DNA of 64,000 bases from contig CM060732.1 in NCBI GenBank assembly GCA_030704615.1, forward strand, positions 54,994,001 to 55,058,000, in the 5' to 3' direction. Below, piece after piece: positions 38,252-47,993 of the stretch (the first letter of the stretch is position 1; the number at the start of each line of letters is the position of its first letter). Source of the DNA: Takakia lepidozioides. Lineage: Eukaryota > Plantae > Bryophyta. The notes below the pieces were generated by a model. The model did no database searches and had not been told where the DNA came from. It saw nothing but the letters and a program-made list of their open reading frames with translations. Made by a program: the position numbers and the translations under genes.

Positions 38252-38672
38252 AGATTCCGGGTTTATTCCTCTCTATCCCAGGAAATTACCTGCATTGGGG
38301 ATGTATGCCTTGTAGAGCGAGCACGCTAAATAGGGGGGAATCTTCCAACAACTTAACACAAAGAGCCACTTTTCATCCAACACAAGTACACCAAATGAGA
38401 TAAAATATGCAGCACCCGTTCTCTTGAGTGCTTTGATTTATATAGTACTTAAGCAAGTAATCTTATCTAGGCCAAATGGCTGCCTTCTATTGGTTAGCCA
38501 GATGCCATCCTAGCTGGACCACACAAACCTGCCACATCCTCTAATCTGATCCTAATCTAACTGTTAACTAAAGACAACATCAACTTAATATAGCCAGCTG
38601 TACCAACATCTAATGTGTAACGGGTACTCCACCTACATCCAGCTAAGTTTAACTGAAAGCCTCATCCGGTGT
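38252..38672 (-). repeat. Direct repeat A (LTR core), 3' copy
   Basis: Nearly identical to 44799-45222 with a few substitutions and indels. Confidence 0.9.
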
Positions 38673-38871
38673 GTGCTAGAGATGGCATCAGATTGTACCA
38701 GGCTTGGGGTTTTTCCACTTTGATCTTTTCTCCTTCGCCCACCTTGCAGGGCAAGGTTTTGTTCATTTGGTTTTTTCATCCCAAGCTTGATTGGATGCCT
38801 AATTTTGTTATAGATCCCTTGTTCACTTTTCCTTGATTGCTCGCTGGACTTGCTTAGTTAGTGGGGCCTTA

Positions 38872-38972
38872 AGCCTCACATATGTAAGGGCTTGATTCCC
38901 ACCTGCTGGCTTTTGGGCATGGATGAATGGTATCGTGGATGGAGCAGGATGGTGATGCTCATTCAGGCTAAC
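38872..38972 (+). repeat. Internal complementary region: inverted copy of the element's 3' terminal 9 nt + TA + 5' terminal 90 nt
   Basis: 38883-38972 is the reverse complement of 45228-45317 (88/90 identical); 38872-38880 (AGCCTCACA) is the reverse complement of 38243-38251. Confidence 0.88.
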
Positions 38973-39266
38973 TCAAAGACTAACTATGGCTCAGATTCGA
39001 CAGATTGCAGGCGGGAGAGAGGAGCCTTAGTTGGAGTATAAATCACCTATCTATTTTCCACATTCAAACATGTCAAGTCAAATGTTAGAGTGCAAAGAAC
39101 TAAGACACATGGACTGAACCAGCCAGATGAGGAGTGGAAGAGTGTTGTGGGAGGAGCACATACTATCTACCTGGAAGAATTTCAGTGATAAGGTAAGGGC
39201 CATCTATGCGCCGTTTAGCCTTAGAGACTTGCTTCCCTAGTTGCAATCGGACACAAACAGATTGTC

Positions 39267-42200
39267 CTAATTTAAAAGACTCAGAATAAACAACCTACGG
39301 TTATAATACTTAGCCTGAGATGCCAGAGCAAACTGGATATTGGACTTGGCAATCTCACGAAGCTGCCGGCGTTTAGCATCCATAGTAAGCACACGTTTAG
39401 TGGCCGACACCTGCAACCACGAAATATGCAAAGAGGTACGGCACTTCCTGCCATACAACAACTTAAAAGGAGAAAGCTCAGTACTAGCATGAATAGAGTA
39501 CGATAAGCAAACAACAGAGTTGGAACAACCATGTCCCACTCGTCAATCAAAGTCCCATTCTTCTCCAACATCTGACACATGGTCTTGTTAAAACGCTCCG
39601 TCAAGCCACTGCATTGGGGGTTATAAGGGGCAGTCACCACATGACTAGTATTCACGTTAAACAAGACAATATCCATGAGTTGGTTACAAAACTCGGTACC
39701 TTGATCCGTGAGGATCTCAATGGGACATCCATGGCGGAGGATCACCTTGTCAAAGAAGAATTGAACCTTGCATGGCTCAAATTTATGCAGGGCCTTTGCA
39801 TTCAAAGCCATGCATTCAAAAGGTGGCATAAAGCGAAAGGGTCAGTAATAGCAAGAGCAGGAATAGGTTGAGTTGTGGGAGAGGGAACAAGAAGCAAGTC
39901 ATCAAGGCTGGTGTAAGAGGCTGCTCACTTAGTTTCCCCATGAGTAAGGGCGTCAGCATTGATGTTGTCTTTGCCCCGCTTGTAGGTAATCTTGAAATCA
40001 TAAGCATGTAGAATCAGCGCCCATCTAGCTAACCTCCCAGTTAGCTCCCTAGGAGTAAGCAAAGCTTTCAATGGAAGGTGATCAGTTTCAATTACAAATG
40101 GGCATCCATGAAGGTACTGGCGAAAATACTTCACACCAAAAATTACAGCTAAGCCCTCTTTGTCTATGATACAGTAGTTGCATTTATGTTTATCTAAGCG
40201 TCGAGAGGCATAGGCCACGACATGTTCCCACCCATCATGAACCTGGCTGAGCACTGCAGAGATTGCCAAATCACTGGCGTCAGTTTGTAGCAGAAAAGGT
40301 AAGGTGAAGTCTGGATAAGCAAGAACAGGGGCAGAAGTCAAGGCGATTTTGAGCTTTTCAAAGGCAGAGGTTGCAGCGAGGCCCCAAACAAAACGTGTAT
40401 CTTTGGACAAGAGCCGAGTCAAGGGTGCGGCAATCTTTGCAAATTGAAAGATGAATCTGCGATAAGAGCCTAATCCAAGAAAAGCTTTGACACAGTGCTT
40501 GTCTTTGGGTGTGGGATACTCCCACACGGCTCGGATCTGATTGGGATCAGGACTGATACCAACAGCAGAAAGGAGGTGGCCAAGAAAGTGCAGCTGTTCT
40601 ATACAGAAGTCGCACTTCTTTGCTTTAACTTTAAGTCCTGCGGCACGAAGTCTGCATACCACTCTTTGCAAGTCCAACATATGAGCTTCAAAGGTAGTAG
40701 AGTAAACATTGATGTCATCTCTATAAACAAGTGCACATTCCCATCGTAAGTTACCGAGACCACATCCATCAGTCGCTGAAATGTAGCAATGGCATTACAA
40801 AGCCCAAAAGGCATGGTCTCAAACTGATACATGCCCATCCTGCATGTAAAAGCAGTGAGGGAGTGAGAGGTACTTGCCAGAACCCAGCAGCAAGATCTAA
40901 GGATGAGAAAATCGTGGCACCATTGAGCTGATCTAATGTCTCATTAATGCGAGGAAGAGGGTACACATCACGTTTAGTAAGAGCATTCAACCGGCGAAAC
41001 TCAACACAAAATCGAGTGAAGCCATCCTTCTTACCTACTAACACAATAGGGCTGGCCCATGGAGAGATAGAGGGAGTGATTACGCCTGCATCAAGCATGC
41101 GGGTGATTTCCTCCTGGATGATCTTGCATTCACGAACACTTTCCCGGTAGGCATGTTGTTTGACAGGGGAGCCATCAGTGACTATGTCATGTTGCAAAAT
41201 ATCAGTTTTTCCAAGATCATGAGGACCACGGCTAAAGATATCTAGATTGCAGCGAATGAAAGAATGAAGCTGATGCATCTGGGGAGAGGTTAGATGATCA
41301 CCAACCTTAATGTCCTGGAGCACTTGCTGGAAATGAGCTTCCTCGTCAGGGGTCAGGCTGGGGCTGACAACAGGACCACGATGAGCAGCAAAACTTTGTA
41401 GTTGGTCAACAGGGGAGTCAACTAACCCAATATCTTGCAAGTTGAGGGCTGACTGCACAGTCGTTACATCGGAGAGTGGCACGGCAGTCAGACGTGCAAG
41501 CACTTGCCCTTCGCGGATGGAGACAGTAATGCGTTCGGGATTAGCAATAAGAAGCCGGGTTTCTCCTTTGAACCCTCGGTCAAGGACACCAGCAGCAATG
41601 AGGCAGTGTTTCTACAAGGCTAACTTCTGCCACCCTTCAATTTCTAAAAAATGACCCTCAGGACATAGAAATGCAAGCCCTGTGGGAACAATTCGCTGAG
41701 AAAAGGCAGGGATGACAAAGTCAGTAGGAGCCCTTAATAGAAGTGAATTTTTTGGTATAGGAAAGGGAGCACTGCCCTTGCTGCCAGGGGCAGGAAATTG
41801 CCATTGATGCAAGCAGTTATCCACAGGTTGGAATTGACTGAAACAAGACCAGTTGTAGGCCAGTCCCACTTGATCCCGCATTGCAGCAGCTTGCAACTTG
41901 GTTTTGGCATAGTTGGTCATAGATGTACCAGCAAGCAAGGTCACAGGCGACAGATTGACTTTGTAAGGACTGCCCTCTCCGTTGTGCAGCCACATCACAT
42001 GTCCCATGATGTCAAGGCTAGCTTCAGCCCCTTGCATCCAATCCAGACCTAACAAAAACTGTTCCCCAAGAGTGACAATACATGTCAGTACCACGCTTTT
42101 GCCACTGACTCTGATGGGCAAGGTGACCAAGCCTATAGGTTCATAAGCAGTCCCATCTGCAATGGAAACAGACAAACCCTTGGCTGATTGCAGTTTAAGT

Positions 42201-43640
42201 CCTAAGATGCGAACCACACTGAGAGGGATGGCAGACATTGTACACCCTGTATCAATAATGCAGGAGAATGAAAGGTGACCAACATGACATTGGGTCATCA
42301 ATGGATACACTCTGAGTTCGCTGACCTTGCGAAGGGCCTTACAATGTAGCAACTTGAAATCTTGAGATAGGACCGCACTTACCAGGGAGAGAGGGCTGAG
42401 GAGACGATCGCCTGGCACCCTCACAGACGACCGTTTTAAAGCTCCCTTCTTCTCCTTTTTAAGCTGCTCAATTAAAGCTAGCAAATCTGACTGATAAGGG
42501 CACCAGCGAGTGTAGTGTTCCATGGACTTACAGATCATGCAAGCGGATAATGAGGCTTTATTCACATACCTCGTGCCGGGTTGGGATTTGCCCCTAAAGC
42601 CACCCTGCATGGGCTCTTGTTGATTCTGGCTAGAAGGATCAGATCCCGAGGCACGCCAAGTAGCCTCATTTTTCATCGCCAGGAACTGTTCTTGAACATC
42701 ACTACGAAACTGGCTCAACTCATGAACCAACGTGGGCAGTAGCTGATCTGTAGTAATGGTCACCTCAGGATGCACATCAGCGAGGTTAGTGTCCTTACTA
42801 ACAGCCAAAAAATTCGTAGCCTTGAGAGGGGAGGGGCTCATGCCAGCCTTGGCTGCCTTCAATCTAAGTCGTTCCTCCAGTTACCTACCATCTCATTTTC
42901 ATGGTGATTATGTTGTTTTTGTAAAAAGACCCTGTCAGCTGGGGGTAACCTTTGATGAAGCAATGCTTCCGGATAGCTGAGCGTTCAGATGGATCGTCCA
43001 CTGCCTTACATACGGCTGTACGAAGATCAGAGTAGTACTTCCAAATACTGTCACCAGGGGCGAAGGTTAGCTCAGGAACTGTGTAAGCAATGGGCTTCAC
43101 TTCGCGAAACAATCTATCTGCCAATTGCCTAGCTTCCTCCCAGGTCAGCTCGTTCTTTCCTTTAATGCTGGACTCAAAAATCTTCCTAGCCTCACCTTTT
43201 AAACACAAACGGAAGGCCTTGACAATGAACTTCCGAGGGACAGAGTTAATTTCTCTACTGATCTCAAAAAACTCTAGAAAGGATTCAAAGTCTTCACCCA
43301 AGTTGAAATCTGGAAAGGGTTGTTTGTGCATCCTCTCAGACGAATCAATGGGTTTGTTACCTGTTGTCACCGGAACATTTTGATTGATCAACATTTTCAT
43401 CAAAGGTGGACAATTAGATATGACTCCCATAGCCTCACAAAGCTCTTCTACATCAAGAGCTGACTCATGAGCAGCCTTATCTTTTTCTACCCTCCATGAC
43501 CCGTAGATCCTTCACCATGCGCAGCTTCACTCCGGTCAACAGCTAACTCTCTCTCTCTTCTAGCTTCAAGCTCACTTAAGCCTACCATTTCCTCAGTCTC
43601 CTTTTCCAGCATGGCCCTAGTGTGGACAGGCATGAGCATG
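39267..43640 (-). pseudogene. Degenerate gag-pol: gag, CCHC knuckle, aspartic protease, dUTPase-like domain, RT, RNase H, partial integrase
   Basis: CMICKSMEHYTRWC, IIDTGCTMS, AGVLDRGFKGE, SPWASPIVLVGKKDG...MPFGLCNA, LQTDASD...ETDHLPL and ILTDQGTEF...GLTERFN. The integrase N-terminus appears deleted. Confidence 0.9.
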
Positions 43641-43652
43641 GGCTAACACCTC

Positions 43653-44610
43653 TTACCTCCTATCCGCTAGGGCCTGAATGAAGTCTTCCCAGTTCGCCAC
43701 ACAATGGCAGCTGATGTAACGCTGTTTGGGCCAAAGATAGACGACATCTCCCAATTGTTGCCAGACTTCCCGTTCACTTTTGAGCAAAAAGGCAACCTTG
43801 ACCACCGTACGCACTCTTCGCTCTTTAACTACCAGTGTGTGCGGAGGGTAATCAGCCGCCTTGTCCAATTGAGTCAGTCCAACACGTTCTTGTTTGAAAG
43901 ATCGGCCTGGAAACACTACCACGTCCGATGGATGGTGGTGAAAGCGCTGTTCCAGAACACCCGCCACAACCTCTTCCCAGGTGGGGTCGGCCTCCTCGGA
44001 AACAACACCGTTCAGACGAAGGTTGGCAAACACAAGGGCAATACCGCCTTTAATGAATTCCCAAAGTCGCAATGGACCTGGCTTGTGAGGGTGGCGCGGG
44101 GAGGTCGCGGCGCGGGGAGGTCGCTGCCCCCCCCAAATGCAGTAGTGCATGAACTTCCAATTCAGTGTGTATGTCCCTGCTCATTGTGAACTGCAGCACA
44201 CCTATTTGAGGCCAGCTAAAAACCTCACCAGCACGCATGCGCTCCTGAAGCTCGGGAAAAGGGAGCTTCATAGCAATCTCCTCGGCATGCAGTACCTGCA
44301 ACAACTTCCCAGCCTAGGCACCCTGCAAGGCTTGTTCCACCTTGCGCTTCTGCTCACGTTTTTGAGCAGGTGTGATGGCCTCTTTGGCCGCTTCCTCCGC
44401 CGCCTCAACTTCAAATTTGGCAATCCAAAAATCCGAGGGTGTATCTAACTGAAGTTCCTCGCGGGGCCAGGGTTCATTCTCATCAAAGGCAGTATATCTG
44501 CAAATCTCATCGCTCAAACGCACCCTCAACTCATGCAGAAAAGTCTGCTCAAATTTTTGGTCAGGCGTGAATTCGCTAATGATAGGAACAGACTCAGAGG
44601 GAGACGCCAT
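43653..44610 (-). pseudogene. Extra ORF (about 320 aa, one stop, one frameshift) between the PBS and gag of the gypsy element
   Basis: ORFs 44314-44622 and 44050-44304 are in the same frame, separated by one TAG. The frame shifts at the run near 44127-44134 into ORF 43653-44150, which stops just before the gag ATG. Confidence 0.6.
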
Positions 44611-44778
44611 TGCACACAACAAGGAGAAACGCAGCTAGCTTGAACACGAAAGAGAAGAAGACATACAAACGAAAAGTGAGACTCGCCGCCATTTCGCCTT
44701 TCTGAAGGCTGTACCTTATGCCCTTGCCACACACACAACACCTGTGATGATTAATACATTCGTTCCGGTAATAGATTA

Positions 44779-44798
44779 GATGCCCCCCATCTCCACCA
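44779..44798 (-). promoter_or_regulatory. PBS complementary to the 3' end of tRNA-Ala
   Basis: Minus strand TGGTGGAGATGGGGGGCATC versus the recalled plant tRNA-Ala complement TGGTGGAGATGCGGGGTATC. Confidence 0.75.
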
Positions 44799-45222
44799 AG
44801 ATTCTGGGGCCGTCGGATTATTCCTCTCTATACCGGGAAATTACCTGCATTGGGGATGTATGCCTTGTAGAGCAGAGCACGCTAAGTAGGGGGGGAATCT
44901 TCCAACAACTTAACACAAAGAGCCATTTTTCATCCAACACAAGTACACCAAATGAGATAAAATATGCAACACCCCGGTCTCTTGAGTGCTTTGATTTATA
45001 TAGTACTTAAGCAAGTAATCTTATCTAGGCCAAACGGCTGCCTTCTATTGGTTAGCCCGATGCCATCCTAGCTGGACCACACAAACCTGCCACATCCTCT
45101 AATCTGATCCTAATCTAACTGTTAACTAAAGACAACATCAACTTAATATAGCCAGTTGTGCCAGCGTCTAATGCTACTCCACCTACATCCAGCTAAGTTT
45201 AACTGAAAGCCTCATCCGGTGT
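44799..45222 (-). repeat. Direct repeat A (LTR core), 5' copy
   Basis: Nearly identical to 38252-38672 and directly abuts the PBS. Confidence 0.9.
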
Positions 45223-47742
45223 CATTTGTTAGCCTGAATGAGCATCACCATCCTGCTCCATCCACGATACCATTCATCCATGCCCAAAAGCCAACAGGTG
45301 GGAATCAAGCCATTACACCGCGAAGCTCCAAAATATGAGTTCAACGACCGATCAAATTTTACTATCATTACAAAAGCTTCAACAAACTCTGTTTACAACA
45401 TAGGGCACAGTTATTTTCTACAACAAACTTTCCAGCCCTATGAAATGGTTAGCCACCCATAAGGCCAACAAAACTCTGATTAACATCTAGTGCAAAACAG
45501 AACCGAGTGCAGGCTGCAGTTAGTTAGAAAACCGGCGATGCAGCCCACAAATCTGGCAATGGAGAACCTTCTAGGTCAGCAACGCAGTTCCAAAACCAGT
45601 TTGATCCCCTTGTACCTTCCCCAACTAACCTCTCTGCTTGTACAGTAACTGACCAAGAAGAAATGGATGAAAACATGACCATTGAAGAATGATGAAATAT
45701 TATAAGTGTACAATCTTATGGGTTCTTAAATTTATTATGATGAACACATTGCGTAATTAGCCGCTTGTTTTCCTGAAGGACTTTCTTGAACTTATAATAA
45801 TCTTACTTATGATGCACGGAAGTAGTAAGTTGGTGATCATTTCCTGCAGATAACTATGTATGATCCACATGACTGGATGGCCCTGCACCTCCTCTGCAAC
45901 AGGCTTCATCCACTTTTCCAGTTTTCAAACACTTGTCCCAGAGCCTGCTCACATACTCAACTCAACTCCCAGGGACTGTGCACTAGGTACTACCCAAACA
46001 GTAGACCGGAGCTGTAACTGCCTCCTCCACACACTTTGAAGCGGCCAATGAGATGAGATGAGAAGAGATGACTCGGGAGAGAGAGATGAGAGATGAGAGC
46101 AGACATGAGGGAGAGAAGAGGTGAGGGAGAGTTGAAAGGGAGTCGTGGAGCGTGGTGACACGAACTGCGGTGTTGACGAGCACATGCCATGAGCCTTCCG
46201 TAGTGGGGATCCTGAAGCAGCCGGCAAAAAGTGGTGGGCCTTTTGGCGAAACCTCAGATGTGGGGTATAGCCAGGTCATTGACCAATCTGAAAGTGAGAC
46301 CCCTACCTACATTTTCCTAGCTAGTACTGGGAGAGTACACAAGTAGCCACTTATGGCGTCCAGTACTCTTAAGGGCCCTCCCCTTGCTCCTTCTCATTTA
46401 TCGCCCGGGCAGATATCATTTCAAGTTGGGCTACATAGTGGGCTGGTGCTTCTCCCCTTGAAGAGATTGCGAAGCTCTTGGGCGCTTTGACTGAAGAGTA
46501 CTTGGTGAGCTTGAGGCGCCCTGCACGCATTGTTTGGCCTGCCTTCCCACACCCAAACAATTTTCGGTAAGCGTCTAGAGGCCGCACAGATTTAGGTTGG
46601 GTTCACCTCATAGAGGAGGGCCATCCTGAAGTCAATCTAAGACATCCTTAGACACTCGACACTCTCGACACTCGAGTCAGTGGCTGCTGTTTTGGGAACT
46701 CTACAATACTATCTTTGGCTTTCACAAGTTTTTTTTTTTTTTTTTTTCTGCTACCCATAACGGTACAAAGAAAAATGTAGACAGTTTTTGCTGATTTTTC
46801 TTGTGAGAATGGCTGATTTGGAAATAACAAAAAATAAAAACCCCACCAAAACACAGGCTCTAGTCTTCTAATTTCTGTGGTCAAATTTTTCAAAGATTGT
46901 GGGAAGGATGCATGCGGTAAAATGTAAGGCTAACTTTTTTGGATGTAACATGGCTGGTTTCACTACCCAGGGATACCAAAAATTGGGAGGAAAGAAAGCT
47001 CTATGTATGTTAAGGGTTAATTTCAATGTTTTCTCTTAAAAGATAGAGTTCCCTTTTTAATAAATAAAATAAAAAGATAGAGATGAAGATAAAGTTTTAA
47101 AGGAGAAGAAGGACCAAAAAAACATAAGCCCTAAACTTTTGCAGGTTACTGACTGTTGGAAATTAGGTCACGGGCTCCTTGCCGGCGGCAAGCCTGGCGC
47201 AAGAATACGACACGCAGGTCGGCATGGGCGGACCTTACGAGAGCACGAGGCGCGCACAGTCATAATATGCACCCCCCTCCTCGCTCTAGATGTTGCGGCC
47301 TCCGCACGTGCCTGCATGCCTTATCCACGCGACCTGCCAGATCGGCGGGTGGCCCGATGAATGACGACCGACTTTTCTCATCCGCAAGTGGAACGGAATC
47401 AGTTATGGATATGGACGGACTGCAACCGAACCTCGATTTAATTATTTTATATGTCTGATTTATTGGCGCGCAATGATTAGCATTAATGATCGTCCCATGT
47501 TCCGTTTATCACCATCCTCACATTGGTACTTGAGCTGGTCCTGGGTTCAACCCTCCAACGCGTGGATGCCTTCCACCCACTGAGAACTCAAAAGAAAGAG
47601 AAATTTGCGATAAGTAAAGTCTATTTCATTCAATGCTTCTCAACTGGAATCACTTTATTGCGCTTGTTTTATATCAAAGAATAAAAATAAAAGGGGAGGA
47701 AGCCCTTGAGAGCTTTATTTAGCTTGCCAGATTGAAACTTAG

Positions 47743-47993
47743 CAGTGTTTTTTTAAAGAAATTTGGCGAGTGGCTACTCGTACATTCTGTTCATCCACTG
47801 AAATTGGATAGAATCATCCACATCCGTACCTTATTCCGTTTATATCATCCATATTTTGGTGCATTCATCCCTAATCTATTTTTTACTTGGAGAAGTTTGG
47901 CGATTTCATCCATGAAAAAACAGGGAATTTATGACGGAATATTCCCTCTCGTTTTTGAGGTCGAAATCTGGCGAAAATTCGCCAATAAAAAAA
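47743..47993 (+). mobile_element. Short interspersed repeat/MITE, second copy of the 22030-22292 family
   Basis: CAGTGTTTTTTT start and internal blocks shared with 22030-22292 in the opposite orientation. Confidence 0.65.

Larger units (their letters stand above)
38243..45317 (-). mobile_element. Non-chromovirus Ty3/gypsy element with atypical termini (unequal direct repeats plus an internal inverted copy of both ends), defective
   Basis: TG...CA ends, 4-bp TSD CCGC (38239-38242, 45318-45321), about 420-bp direct repeat 38252-38672/44799-45222, tRNA-Ala-like PBS, and ORF0-gag-PR-dUTPase-RT-RH-IN remnants. Confidence 0.88.

Noticed and set aside
38673-38972. Simple inversion of a normal PPT+U3 segment as the explanation of the gypsy end structure
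   Set aside because: Re-inverting places AGCCTCACATA, not a polypurine tract, before the TG and does not explain why the 5' repeat lacks the terminal 9 nt. This is disfavoured but not excluded without other copies.
46369-46625. Possible small TIR element (GGCCCTCC...GGAGGGCC)
   Set aside because: The inverted match is only about 8 bp and there is no TSD.
47525-47560. tRNA/SINE B-box-like GGGTTCAACCC (also GGTTCGAC near 28861)
   Set aside because: No convincing A-box, cloverleaf, tail or TSD.
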